DNA of 64,000 bases from an uncultured delta proteobacterium (GCA_963737265.1 CAVTRY010000011.1:960001-1024000), one strand, 5' to 3'. Positions 30,892 through 41,999 are shown, counted from the first letter of the stretch. A program made the numbers and translations. Notes: generated by a model from the sequence alone, not told the origin.

Positions 30892-32086
30892 CGCCAGCCG
30901 AACCCGTCAAGGTCGAGAAACCAGCATCCAAGCCAGCGGTCTCGGCGGTACGCGTCGGGGGCGACCCCGAGGGTAAGGGGTGGCGTCTAGGCGTCATCGG
31001 CAAACGCACTTGGCGAGTCGTGCGAGGGCGTTGCGAATTGGCACCCGAGCAGGTTCCTCTCGTCGAAGAGCCGCTCTACGACGAACAGCGCGCGGTCCTC
31101 ATCCACGATGCAGACGTCTTGCTCAACCGCAGAAAGACAGACGTCGTCGTCCAAGGCCATGTCTATCCCACGGGCGGCCGGACGCCATTCGACTTTGGCG
31201 TTCAGGTCGGCAACTTGGTTCGTCTAGCCCGTGCCTTTGGCCCACGCAGCGTGGCGCCGAATCCAGCGACTGGCCGGCCGCGCTTTTCCGCGCCAGCTTC
31301 CATAGAAAAGATCTCCCTCACTTGGGAGAGTGCCTATGGCGGCGTCGACCTCGCCATGCGCGCCGAGGTAGGTGATCCATTCGAAGGCCCAATAAGGGAG
31401 GCTGGCGGTGAACCGGATCCCCGGTTCGGACTCTATGCCTATCCCCGCAATCCGGTCGGCCGCGGTTACGTCATCGAGCCGAGCAAGGCGGCGTTCGAAG
31501 CCTGCGAGTTGCCATTGCTTGAAGACCCCGAGTCGTTCCTCACGTCTGACAACTTGGTCCGAGGAGATTTCGTCCGCTGGCCCCAAGGCCCGGCCGTGGC
31601 CGGTTTCGGCTGGCTCTCCTACGCGTTCTTCCCCCGCAGCGCACTGCTAGGCGTTAAGCCCTTGGTGTACGACGGCGAAAACATCCCCCCATCGGGTTTT
31701 CGAGAGGTCAAGCGCGGTGACATGCATGATGCCGCCGTCCGCTCTGAGCGACCGATGACCGAGCGATTGGGAATCAAGGTGGCGCAAGCCTCAGCTATCG
31801 GCATGCGCACGGATTCCGTAGCCCCAGGCGATGTTGTCGCCTTGCACGGGCTGCACCCCCGCGAATTGCGCTGGACCTTCCGACTCCCTGCTGAAACGCC
31901 ACGCATGCACGTCCGTTTCAACGGCGAAAAGCCAATCGCCCTGCCTCCCCCGCTCATCCGGACCGTCCTTCTCGAACCCGACGAAGAGCGCCTGACGTTG
32001 GTCTGGACGGCCGAGTTACCGGTGCCCGCGCCCCCAGGATCAAACGGCTCGACGGTCTCCAGCACGTCGTCCTGTGGAACCAGTGA
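30888..32086 (+). CDS. DUF2169-like protein (long type); probable true stop TGA 32084-32086 after an indel near 32043
   Basis: KTDVVVQG, LTWESAYGG, YPRNPVGRGY, LPLLEDP, TVLLEPDEERLTLVW; an alternative frame from ~32043 reads RLDGLQHVVLWNQ-stop right before vgrG identity begins. Confidence 0.7.
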
Positions 32087-32088
32087 GC

Positions 32089-33563
32089 CCGTGGTGCGCG
32101 GATACGACTACACGCTCATCCGGCCATCCGCCGTCCAATTTGGCCAGCAGCCGTCGGGCGAGCCCCGGCCCGGCTCGGATTTCGAAGACTACGACTATCC
32201 AGGGGGACTTTCGCCAGAGGCGGAAGCCAACCAAGAAGCCCTGGTGCGCATGCAGATGGACCGCGTCGCCAACACGGTGATCGAGGTCGAGGGCAACACC
32301 ATGGGGCTAGGCGTGGGCGCCCTCGTCAGCCTCGCCAAGCCGTTGTCCATCGACGGCATCGCCTTCAATCCCTTTTGGGGCGAAGACGGCTTCGCCAAGG
32401 AATACCTCATCACCTCCGCGCGCTACTCCATCAGCATCAACCAGTACGAATCCGGCGACGTGGCGAAATCCGACCAGCCATTCAAGGCGAGCTACACCTT
32501 GCTCGACAGCCAGGTCCAGTTCCGCCCCCAGCGCGGGGCGAGCAAGCCCAGGATCGAAGGCCCCCAGACCGCCGTCGTGGTGGGGCCCGCCGACGAAGAA
32601 ATCTGCACCGACACCGACAAGCTCGGCCGCGTGAAGGTGCAGTTCGACTGGGATCGCCTCGGCAAACACGACGAGAAATCCTCTTGCTGGGTCCGTGTGT
32701 CCCAAGCCTGGGCCGGGGCGAAATGGGGCGCCTTTCACCTTCCACGCATCGGCCACGAAGTCATCGTGGAATTCCTCGACGGCGATCCCGACCGCCCCAT
32801 CGTCACCGGCCGGGTCTACAACGCCGACAACCTGCCGCCCTACGACTCGCCCACCCAAAGCGGCATCAAGAGCCGCAGCACCAAAGGCGGCACCCCCAGC
32901 AACTTCAACGAAATCCGCTTCGAGGATCTCAAAGGCAAGGAAGAGCTGCACATCCAGGCCGAAAAGGACATGTCGACGTTGGTGAAGAACAACCAGTCGA
33001 CCGACGTCGGCGGTAATCGCACCCTGACCGTGCACGGAAAGCAAACGACCACCGTCACCAAGGAAGAAACGCAGACCTATAAGAACACCCGCACCATGAC
33101 GGTGACCGACCTCGACACCGACACCTACAAAGGTGGACGAAAAGAGACCGTCGAGAAGGGCGACTCGCTGGCAGTGCTTAGCTCCAACAAGACCGCCACA
33201 ATCGATGGCAAGTACAATATCCAGGTAACGTCCCAATACGAAGTGGTCCAGGGGGAGAAAAACAAGGTCACCCTCCTGGATCCAGACATTACAATCGCGA
33301 ACGGCCAGTGCACGATCAAGCTCTCGGCCGGCGCCGCCTCGGTGACCGCCGCGGACAGCCTGACCCTCACTTGTGGCCAGACCAGCATCACCATGATGAA
33401 GAGCGGCTCAATCGAGGTCAGCGGTTCCGCTGGCGTCGCCATCATTGGCGGAGGCGAAGTACACGCCACGCCTTCTGGCGTGGATATCAAGGGAGCCAAG
33501 GTCGATGTCACCGGAACTGGCCCGGTTACCGTCACCGGTGCGATAGTCAAGGTCAATGGTTGA
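32089..33563 (+). pseudogene. vgrG: 5'-truncated vgrG copy 2 with distinct C-terminal spike tip (orphan cassette; in frame with the upstream DUF2169 ORF as sequenced)
   Basis: 32089-32992 matches 25132-26035 (offset 6957), then diverges to NQSTDVGGNRTL...GAIVKVNG; lacks ~230 N-terminal codons. Confidence 0.85.
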
Positions 33564-33593
33564 CGTACTGTCGGCATTTCGGACCATCGTACG

Positions 33594-34715
33594 ATGCAAC
33601 TTAACAACGCCACGCCGCTCCCGGCCCAGTCAACTGTCGCCGAGCTGCCGGACGAGCCCAACCGAATTGGGATGCTGACGGCAAAGGCCACGTTCAAGTT
33701 CGACCGCAACGGCCAGGTTCAGCTCGACACCCAGAATCCCGTCCCGCTGCTCAGCGAAGATCGGCAGACCCCGCTCGGCCCATTGCCCACGGACAGTCGC
33801 GCCCGCCGCGGCGACAAGTTCGAGGTGATGCTACTTGGCAACGCCTATCCCGCCCGCAAGGGCGCGACAGCGACCAAAGTCGCCCTTACGGTAGGGGCCG
33901 AGCGGCGCGAGCTTCTAGTCCACGGCGACCGAGTCTGGATCGGCGACGATGCAAGGCGAGCGGCGATCTCCCAACCGCGGTCGTTCGACTGCATGCCCCT
34001 AGTCTACGAGCGGTCATTCGGAGGAACGGTGCCGGTCCATATCGACAGCCGCTCCGTCCTCGACATCACCCATCCCATCAATCCGCGCGGAAAGGGTTTC
34101 GACCCTCGCCCCCAAGCCGAAGGATTGTGCAAGATGCTTCGGGCGCCAAAGGGCTTTCCGGCCCTGCCCCCTGGTGCGCGCAATCTGCCCAACATCGAAA
34201 ATCCGCGCGCGCCGATTTCCCGCTGGGAGGACGGCCCCGACCCGGTCGGATGGGCGCCGGCCCCTCCCGAAAGCGCGATAGCATTTCTGAACGTGATCAA
34301 GGCCCAGGCCGCCGCGGTCGCCCAGTTGCAACAACAGGGCGGCTACACCCCGAAGAAATTTCAGAAACAGCAAGAGGCCAAGGCCGAGCAGGGAGAAGAT
34401 CCGGATCTCTGGCTTTACCGGGCGCACCCGGATTGGGTCATCGCCCTTCCCCAAGCTGCCGCCATCGTACGCCTGGAGAACCTACTTCCGGGCGCGCCGA
34501 TGGTGGAATTTAGACTGCCTCAGTTTCGGGTGATTGCCGACTACACCATCTACGGCCGGATAGGACAGCGGGATTTGCGTCCGCAAATCCTCGTCTTGCT
34601 GCCCGAAGAGCAACGCCTCTATCTGGTTTACCGCCTGCCCTTCAATTTCGAGCCAGGCCCCGCCCACGAGCGATCCTTCCGTCTGCGCACCGCGGATGGT
34701 TGGCTGCTAGCCTAG
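33594..34715 (+). CDS. DUF2169-like T6SS adaptor
   Basis: MQLNNATP, AKATF, VHGDRVW, MPLVYERSFGG, NPRGKGF, LPNIENP, YRAHPD. Confidence 0.85.
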   Translation: MQLNNATPLPAQSTVAELPDEPNRIGMLTAKATFKFDRNGQVQLDTQNPVPLLSEDRQTPLGPLPTDSRARRGDKFEVMLLGNAYPARKGATATKVALTVGAERRELLVHGDRVWIGDDARRAAISQPRSFDCMPLVYERSFGGTVPVHIDSRSVLDITHPINPRGKGFDPRPQAEGLCKMLRAPKGFPALPPGARNLPNIENPRAPISRWEDGPDPVGWAPAPPESAIAFLNVIKAQAAAVAQLQQQGGYTPKKFQKQQEAKAEQGEDPDLWLYRAHPDWVIALPQAAAIVRLENLLPGAPMVEFRLPQFRVIADYTIYGRIGQRDLRPQILVLLPEEQRLYLVYRLPFNFEPGPAHERSFRLRTADGWLLA

Positions 34716-34727
34716 GAGGAACCGAAG

Positions 34728-35900
34728 ATGCCCCTACCAATACCCGTGTCGATCACCAACGACTTGGCGATGCCGCTCATTCCCATGGTGGTGATGACAC
34801 TGCATGACGTGGTTCCGCCCATGGCGCCACCGATCCCTGCGGCCCCATGCGTGGAGACGCCGGTCATGATGATGTGGCCGCCCGGGTTCGCCCTATTTCA
34901 GAACAGGTTCACAACGACGGTCTTGCACAAGGCGATGCCCATCGCGCTCGACGGGCACAACTGCGGCTACATGTTGCCGCACGTCTCGATCCCGATAGTG
35001 AACATGCTGACTCCGATGCAGATCATGTTTTCGTCGCGAAAGATGGCTTTTTCCGCCGCAAAGGTTAAGGCCAATGGTGCCCCCATTGCCACGACGGCTC
35101 CCCTCGTGCTGCCGATGATGTGCTGTGCCCAGCCGGTCACCTTGCCAACCGGTGCAGCCCCAACCAATTGTCTGAACACAGTCGCCGTGGGAGTTACATG
35201 GACCGACGCCATCCTGGGCTGGGGTGCGATTATGGTAACTATGGTGATTGATAAGTGTTTTTACAAGAAACCCCAGGCTCTCGAAGGTGCCGACAAGACT
35301 GAGATGGTAATCAATTTTGGCATAAAACAACTAGATAAGCTGAAGTTGAGACTCTTATTGGGCGACGATAAGTGGAAGAAGGCCTTGTGGAAAGCCGCAG
35401 TAGGCGTTGCGGCAGGCCTATCGAAGATTGTTCTTACCGGAGAAGGTAGTGTATCCATTCCGTTCGGCTCGGGCTACCTCGGTGGCGGCCTTGGCTATAC
35501 TCGAGGCGGCGATGGTGGCGGAAGTAGCACGGTCGGCGTAGCCGGCAACACAAGCGACCGATTGCTGGGCCCGGCCACAGGCAGACAAGCGAGCGCGCAG
35601 TATACCTGGAGGGCGGACGGGACAACAACAACAACAACTGGTTCCAAGGCCGCCAGTGCTGACAGTGGACTTGTGTCGACTGAAGGGTCGCAACGAGCGG
35701 CAAACACTTCGATGAACTACGACAAGGATGGTAACCTCGCAACCACCTCGACGAGCAAGACGGCGACCGGCACCGAGGACACGCCTTGGTCTGGCGAAAC
35801 CGAGGCGCAACAGCAAAAGACCACGACCCGACCTGGTCAGGCTCCAACGATATCCGCAGCTAACTATTCTAGCGCGTTAAGTTGGGGGCAGCCACTGTGA
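34728..35900 (+). CDS. Non-canonical PAAR-like effector B1
   Basis: Pro/Met/His-rich N-terminus (DGHNCGYMLPH, SSRKMAF..KVKANG) homologous to effector A; hydrophobic middle; Gly/Thr/Ser-rich C-terminus; AGGAGG RBS. Confidence 0.7.
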   Translation: MPLPIPVSITNDLAMPLIPMVVMTLHDVVPPMAPPIPAAPCVETPVMMMWPPGFALFQNRFTTTVLHKAMPIALDGHNCGYMLPHVSIPIVNMLTPMQIMFSSRKMAFSAAKVKANGAPIATTAPLVLPMMCCAQPVTLPTGAAPTNCLNTVAVGVTWTDAILGWGAIMVTMVIDKCFYKKPQALEGADKTEMVINFGIKQLDKLKLRLLLGDDKWKKALWKAAVGVAAGLSKIVLTGEGSVSIPFGSGYLGGGLGYTRGGDGGGSSTVGVAGNTSDRLLGPATGRQASAQYTWRADGTTTTTTGSKAASADSGLVSTEGSQRAANTSMNYDKDGNLATTSTSKTATGTEDTPWSGETEAQQQKTTTRPGQAPTISAANYSSALSWGQPL

Positions 35901-35979
35901 CACCCGGTCGAACCAATCTGCCTCATCATCTTCCCTACCCTTCTTCGACGGCAATAGTAGCGTCACTCTGATTTAGTGA

Positions 35980-36690
35980 GTGAGGGGACTCCTCCTAGTG
36001 GAAAATAGCAGGGAAGCTATTCTCACTGTAGTGCTACTTCTCGTTCTGTTCTGTTCTCTTGGCGCGTTTGCTGCCCTGTGGAATTCTCGCACATACAAAC
36101 CAGCCTTAGTTGCGCAACGAATCCTAGCGAATCTATCGTCATCTCTGCAGAGAGAAACAGCAAGATGGATTCCCAGTGCAGAGGCCTCGATAAAGGGGCT
36201 ATTCACTCCGTGGTCCCTCGTTACTGTTTCCGTTCGGGGAACCTGGGAGAACGCCCTTGCCACAATCGGCTTTCGGGAGGCCTATGAATCTGAGTACATA
36301 TCAGTTTCCACATTGACTTCGGTCGCCATCGCCTCCAATCATCGGCTAGCGGACAAGACACAACTGGCTAGGGCGTCTAGTCTCGATGTTGGTGTTAATA
36401 ATGCCTTCGCATTTCTTGGCCTTGCGCCCAAACTCAAGCGTCTCTCCGAAGAATTTCAAGCGAGCGGCGACGACGCCGAGATTTCTCGCCTTTTTTGCCC
36501 AGTTGTTCTGGCGGAGGTCCGGGCCTTTCCCCATAGGGCGTACGAAGGCCCGGTGATTGAGGGTTCTGAAATCAGGATGAGCTGGGTCGGACAGGAGACC
36601 GATCCCAAAGTCATCGAAGCCGCGTTCCACTTGCTCAAGACCATCGCCGATGCCGGGACCGCAGAAGAGGTAACTGAACATCATGGATGA
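35980..36690 (+). CDS. Membrane-anchored putative immunity protein B1
   Basis: N-terminal TM; visibly lower GC; C-terminal DAEISRLF...ETDPKVIEAAFHLLKTI shared with ORF 39951. Confidence 0.6.
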   Translation: MRGLLLVENSREAILTVVLLLVLFCSLGAFAALWNSRTYKPALVAQRILANLSSSLQRETARWIPSAEASIKGLFTPWSLVTVSVRGTWENALATIGFREAYESEYISVSTLTSVAIASNHRLADKTQLARASSLDVGVNNAFAFLGLAPKLKRLSEEFQASGDDAEISRLFCPVVLAEVRAFPHRAYEGPVIEGSEIRMSWVGQETDPKVIEAAFHLLKTIADAGTAEEVTEHHG

Positions 36691-38129
36691 CAAATCGCCG
36701 CAGATCGCTCCGCGCAGACCTGCACGCCCTCTTTACGATGCCATCGTCGAGCTTGAGCCCAAACCCAAGGGCGAGATCCCGACGTTTGCCTATGTGTTGC
36801 TCAAGACGACGTACACCATCGCAGGCGGACGCGCGATTTTGGCCGAGCCCGAGCCTCTGAAATTCGACATCTATCGCGACGAGACCCTCGATCCGAGGAT
36901 GCCGCCGGGTTCGGATTTCTGGGTTTCCAAGGCCGCTACCGATGTGGTGGTTCAGGGATCCGCCTATGCGCCGGGAGGCAAGCCTGTCGGTCGCATGGAG
37001 GTTGCAGTGCGCATCGGCCAGGGAAGCAAGCAAATCGCCGTGTTTGGCCGCCGGGCCGTGACCTGGGATGCAGATCGACGAATCCGCATCGCGCCACCCG
37101 AATCCTTCACCGAGATGGCCCTCACGTATTTCAACGCCTACGGTGGGCTTGACCCGCGCGTGCCCATTCCGGAGCCCGAGCGAGAAGATTACATGCGACT
37201 CTCGGCGCTGGGCTTGACCTTCGACCATCCGGGGGCCTACCCCAGGGCCAACGCATCTAAATTGTAAGTGATCTTGCGGAGATGCCGATAGTTATGCCGG
37301 TCTCCGCGCCCGTGCGCGCTGCCGAACCTGCCTGCACACCGGCGCGCGCACCGACCCCAGGGGAAAACCTTCCAGAAATGGCCGAGACTCTGATGGATCC
37401 TGCGTCGATGTAGGATGATGCGATGGCCCTGGGGCCTACCCGAGAAATCTCATTGGCAAGGGCTATCTGGTTTCGCCCGAGCCCATGGACAATTTCGAAA
37501 TGCCCAACCTGGAGGATCCCGACGATCTTTTGACCGGGCAACGCATGGTCGTGGGATCACCCGAGCTTTGGTACAAACAGCCGCTGCCCTGGTGTTTCGA
37601 CTGGACCAACGCTCTCATGTTCCCGCGCTTGCTCTACGGCGGCATGGACGCATGGTTCCCGTGTACCAATGATGCGGCCCTACCGGAAGTAAGACGGCAG
37701 TTCCTTCCATCCCAACTCAAGCGGCGCATGGAACAAACGCCGGCGATCGGCGCCGAATACTACCAGGAAGCATCTTTGGGCATGGTCTTGCGCCGGCCCA
37801 TCGGCGGGCAACCGGTTTCCCTTTCCGGCATGCATCCCGAGGAACCCATCATGACTTTCGCAATCCCGCCCGATCCCCCCATCGAGATTGAAATCGAAGG
37901 AAAGCGCGAAGCCGTTCAGCCCCGCCTGACGAACCTGGTGATTCGACCCGCCGAAAAAAAGTTCTGCACGGTTCACTTCGCTCGCACGGCCGCCCTCCCG
38001 CGCGCCTTCATCCCGGAAATCCACAAAGACATCCCCCTCTCGGCTCGCATTGCCCGCGACGTCCCGCTGAAACACGAGAGCCCGGCAACCGTTCGCGACC
38101 GACTTGCGGCGGCAAGCAAAACGAGCTGA
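36683..38129 (+). pseudogene. DUF2169-like gene (long type) interrupted by MITE
   Basis: Near-identical to intact 40722-41969 except for the 189-bp insertion plus 10-bp duplication at 37243. Confidence 0.9.
37243..37431. mobile_element. 189-bp MITE (ISAs1-like ends), copy 1
   Basis: TIRs CAGGGCCAACGCATC / GATGCGATGGCCCTG (14/15); 10-bp TSD GGGCCTACCC; empty site visible in the paralog at ~41272. Confidence 0.93.
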
Positions 38130-38132
38130 AGA

Positions 38133-38714
38133 ATGCATCTCCCTTCCACAAGGCGCTATGATTCACCTCCTGGCCCGCGCCATCTGCCCAACATCGAAAA
38201 TCCGCGCGCGCCGATTTCCCGCTGGGAGGACGGCCCCGACCCGGTCGGATGGGCGCCGACCCCTCCCGAAAGCGCGATAGCATTTCTGGACGTGATCAAG
38301 GCCCAGACGGCCGCGGTCGCCCAGTTGCAACAACAGGGCGGCTACACCCCGGAGAAATTTCAGAAACAGCAAGAGGCCAAGGCCGAGCAGGGAGAAGATC
38401 CGGATCTCTGGCTTTACCGGGCGCACCCGGATTGGGTCATCGCCCTTCCCCAAGCTGCCGCCATCGTACGCCTGGAGAACCTACTTCCGGGCGCGCCGAT
38501 GGTGGAATTTAGACTGCCTCAGTTTCGTGTGATTGCCGACTACACCATCTACGGCCGGATAGGACAGCGGGATTTGCGTCCGCAAATCCTCGTCTTGCTG
38601 CCCGAAGAGCAACGCTTCTATCTGGTTTACCGCCTGCCCTTCAATTTCGAGCCAGGCCCCGCCCACGAGCGATCCTTCCGTCTGCGCACCGCGGATGGTT
38701 GGCTGCTAGCCTAG
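38133..38714 (+). pseudogene. 5'-truncated duplicate of DUF2169 adaptor 33594-34715
   Basis: From LPNIENP onward nearly identical to the 3' half of 33594-34715. Confidence 0.85.
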
Positions 38715-38726
38715 GAGGAACCGAAG

Positions 38727-39866
38727 ATGCCCCTACCAATACCCGTGTCGATTACCAACGACTTGGCGATGCCGCTCATTCCCATGGTGGTGATGACACT
38801 GCATGATGTGGTTCCGCCCATGGCGCCACCGATCCCTGCGGCCCCATGCGTGGAGACGCCGGTCATGATGATGTGGCCGCCCGGGTTCGCCCTATTTCAG
38901 AACAAGTTCACAACGACGGTCTTGCACAAGGCGATGCCCATCGCGCTCGACGGGCACAATTGCGGCTACATGTTGCCGCATGTCTCGATACCGATATTGA
39001 ACACACTGACGCCGATACAGATAGCGTTTTCCTCACGCAAGATGGTGTTTTCCGCCGCCAAGGTCAAGGCCAATGGTACGCCTATTGCCACAACGGCCCC
39101 GCTTCTGCTTCCGATGATGTGCTGTGCGGATCCTGTAACATTTCCCACCGGGGCTGCGCCCACCAATTGCCTGAACACGGTATCCGTGGGAGTTACATGG
39201 ACCGACGCCATCCTAGGTTGGGTTGCGATTGGACTGACAGCGGCCGCCGAGGGCTGGACCCGAAAGCTTCCCGAACAGAAAGACCACTGGCTAGAAGAGC
39301 GGCTCAAAAACCTGAAGCAGAGATTCCTATTGGCCGACAGGCCAGCCAGATGGCTTGCGAAGACCACCGCCGGAATTGCCAGTGGCCTTGCTAGGATCGC
39401 ATTTACCGGCGAAGGGAGCGTTTCCGTCTCCTTCGGTTCTGGCTATCTTGGCGGCAGCATTTCCTATTCCAGGAGCAGTGGCAGCAAGACGATCGGCATT
39501 GTCGGCAACGAAGACACCAGCGGCCGGCTGCTCGGTCCGACCACGAGCAGACAGGGGACGGCCCAATACACCTGGAGGGCTGACGGCACATCGACGACAA
39601 CCACTGGTTCCAAGTCGGTGATATCTGACGGTGGCTTTGTGTCGGCCGAAGGATCGCAAGGAACATCCAGCACTTCGACCAACTACGACAAGGATGGCAA
39701 CGTCCAAGGCACATCGACGACCAAGACGGCGACCCACTCTGATGACACACCCTGGTCTGGTGAAACTCAGCTTCAACAGCAAAAGAACAGAAACGAACCT
39801 GGTCAGGCCCCCACTACGTCGAGCAGTAGCTATTCGGATGCCTCCAAGTGGGGAACGGTCTTGTGA
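38727..39866 (+). CDS. Non-canonical PAAR-like effector B2
   Basis: First ~165 aa near-identical to B1 (to WTDAILGW); diverged middle and C-terminus. Confidence 0.7.
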   Translation: MPLPIPVSITNDLAMPLIPMVVMTLHDVVPPMAPPIPAAPCVETPVMMMWPPGFALFQNKFTTTVLHKAMPIALDGHNCGYMLPHVSIPILNTLTPIQIAFSSRKMVFSAAKVKANGTPIATTAPLLLPMMCCADPVTFPTGAAPTNCLNTVSVGVTWTDAILGWVAIGLTAAAEGWTRKLPEQKDHWLEERLKNLKQRFLLADRPARWLAKTTAGIASGLARIAFTGEGSVSVSFGSGYLGGSISYSRSSGSKTIGIVGNEDTSGRLLGPTTSRQGTAQYTWRADGTSTTTTGSKSVISDGGFVSAEGSQGTSSTSTNYDKDGNVQGTSTTKTATHSDDTPWSGETQLQQQKNRNEPGQAPTTSSSSYSDASKWGTVL

Positions 39867-39950
39867 TGCGCAATCCTGCCTCTTCCCCAATCCAAGGTCG
39901 CCGGCCGCGGCGGTGTTGGTTGTTTCGAGGCTGCCGGAACGGTCGAATTC

Positions 39951-40712
39951 GTGCCACAATTCGATGACATCCACCGTTCGCTGGACCGGCTAGGAATTCG
40001 CATTTTCATCTGGGCCCTTTTGTCGATTCTGCCGATTGCAGTGGGCGTCGCGAATATCGCCTTTTCCACCGGAAAGACAATAACTATTGTGGCCTTGGCA
40101 CTCGTGATAGCCTTGTTTTTCTTCTGGGTCCGGTACGACTTACAGGTGAGGCCCGTGATCCGCGCCGAACGCATCTTGGCACCGCTTACCGCATTCCTCC
40201 GACTGGCTCCAACGACTCCGCGCCAAAGCAAAACGCGATCGATACGCGAGGCGCGGGACCGCACCAATAGGTTCGTCGAGGGCGTCTGGGAGGATAGACT
40301 GGTGGCTGTCGGTTTCGATCCACCGACGGGGTCTGACGACAATTCCTCGCCCAAAGGGCACACTTCGGTCTTCCTTACTGTCTCGCACCCCTTGTCGGCC
40401 GGCATGGTCCATCTGGCAAGGTGGAATGCAATTGAGGTCTTGGCCAGCCGTTTTTTTGCTTTTCTCGGGTCTCCGGTTCTGAAGCGCGCATCCGACGACT
40501 TCGGCGCATACGGAGAAGACGCGGAAATCGCGCGATTGTTTACCCCCGCGGTGTTGGCATTGGTGCGTGCATTTCCGCGCGACATATGCCCCACAGTCGA
40601 TGGCAATGAAATCAGAATGAAATGGGAAGGCCTTGAGACCGATCCCAAGGTTATCGAAGCCGCGTTCCACTTGCTCAAGACCATCAGCGACGCCGGGGCC
40701 GCAGAGAGGTAA
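39951..40712 (+). CDS. Membrane-anchored putative immunity protein B2
   Basis: Two N-terminal TM segments; C-terminal homology to B1. Confidence 0.6.
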   Translation: MPQFDDIHRSLDRLGIRIFIWALLSILPIAVGVANIAFSTGKTITIVALALVIALFFFWVRYDLQVRPVIRAERILAPLTAFLRLAPTTPRQSKTRSIREARDRTNRFVEGVWEDRLVAVGFDPPTGSDDNSSPKGHTSVFLTVSHPLSAGMVHLARWNAIEVLASRFFAFLGSPVLKRASDDFGAYGEDAEIARLFTPAVLALVRAFPRDICPTVDGNEIRMKWEGLETDPKVIEAAFHLLKTISDAGAAER

Positions 40713-40721
40713 CTCAACATC

Positions 40722-41969
40722 ATGTCTGACAAATCACCCCAAGGCACTCCGCGCAAACCTGCTCGCCCTCTCTACGATGCCATCGTCGAGCTAGAGCCCA
40801 AGCCCAAGGGCGAGATCCCGACGTTTGCCTATGTGTTGCTCAAGACGACGTACACCATCGCAGGCGGACGCGCGATTTTGGCCGAGCCCGAGCCTCTGAA
40901 ATTCGACATCTATCGCGACGAGACCCTCGATCCGAGGATGCCGCCGGGTTCGGATTTCTGGGTTTCCAAGGCCGCTACCGATGTGGTGGTTCAGGGATCC
41001 GCCTATGCGCCGGGAGGCAAGCCTGTCGGTCGCATGGAGGTTGCAGTGCGCATCGGCCAGGGAAGCAAGCAAATCGCCGTGTTTGGCCGCCGGGCTGTGA
41101 CCTGGGATGCAGATCGACGAATCCGCATCGCGCCACCCGAATCCTTCACCGAGATGGCCCTCACGTATTTCAACGCCTACGGTGGGCTTGACCCGCGCGT
41201 GCCCATTCCGGAGCCCGAGCGAGAAGATTACATGCGACTCTCGGCGCTGGGCTTGACCTTCGACCATCCGGGGGCCTACCCGAGAAATCTCATTGGCAAG
41301 GGCTATCTGGTTTCGCCCGAGCCCATGGACAATTTCGAAATGCCCAACCTGGAGGATCCCGACGATCTTTTGACCGGGCAACGCATGGTCGTGGGATCAC
41401 CCGAGCTTTGGTACAAACAGCCGCTGCCCTGGTGTTTCGACTGGACCAACGCTCTCATGTTCCCGCGCTTGCTCTACGGCGGCATGGACGCATGGTTCCC
41501 GTGTACCAATGATGCGGCCCTACCGGAAGTAAGACGGCAGTTCCTTCCATCCCAACTCAAGCAGCGCATGGAACAAACGCCGGCGATCGGCGCCGAATAC
41601 TACCAGGAAGCATCTTTGGGCATGGTCTTGCGCCAGCCCATCGGCGGGCAACAGATTTCCCTTTCCGGCATGCATCCCGAGGAACCCATCATGACTTTCG
41701 CAATCCCGCCCGATCCCCCCATCGAGATTGAAATCGAAGGAAAGCGCGAAGCCGTTCAGCCCCGCCTGACGAACCTGGTGATTCGACCCGCCGAAAAAAA
41801 GTTCTGCACGGTTCACTTCGCTCGCACGGCCGCCCTCCCGCGCGCCTTCATCCCGGAAATCCACAAGGACATCCCCCTCTCGGCTCGCATTGCCCGCGAC
41901 GTCCCGCTGAAATACGAGAGCCCGGCAACCGTTCGCGACCGACTTGCGGCGGCAAGCAAAACGAGCTGA
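40722..41969 (+). CDS. DUF2169-like protein (long type), intact
   Basis: LLKTTY, KAATDVVVQGSAYAP, VFGRR, YFNAYGG, YPRNLIGKGY, MPNLEDP. Confidence 0.82.
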   Translation: MSDKSPQGTPRKPARPLYDAIVELEPKPKGEIPTFAYVLLKTTYTIAGGRAILAEPEPLKFDIYRDETLDPRMPPGSDFWVSKAATDVVVQGSAYAPGGKPVGRMEVAVRIGQGSKQIAVFGRRAVTWDADRRIRIAPPESFTEMALTYFNAYGGLDPRVPIPEPEREDYMRLSALGLTFDHPGAYPRNLIGKGYLVSPEPMDNFEMPNLEDPDDLLTGQRMVVGSPELWYKQPLPWCFDWTNALMFPRLLYGGMDAWFPCTNDAALPEVRRQFLPSQLKQRMEQTPAIGAEYYQEASLGMVLRQPIGGQQISLSGMHPEEPIMTFAIPPDPPIEIEIEGKREAVQPRLTNLVIRPAEKKFCTVHFARTAALPRAFIPEIHKDIPLSARIARDVPLKYESPATVRDRLAAASKTS

Positions 41970-41999
41970 AGAAACCTGAAGGCGCTATGATTCACCATC

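Larger units (their letters stand above)
34183..41973 (+). repeat. Tandem duplication of ~4 kb effector module (units ~34183-38133 and ~38182-41973)
   Basis: Offset 3999 at the unit start; DUF2169 portions near-identical, effector C-half and immunity gene diverged. Confidence 0.9.
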
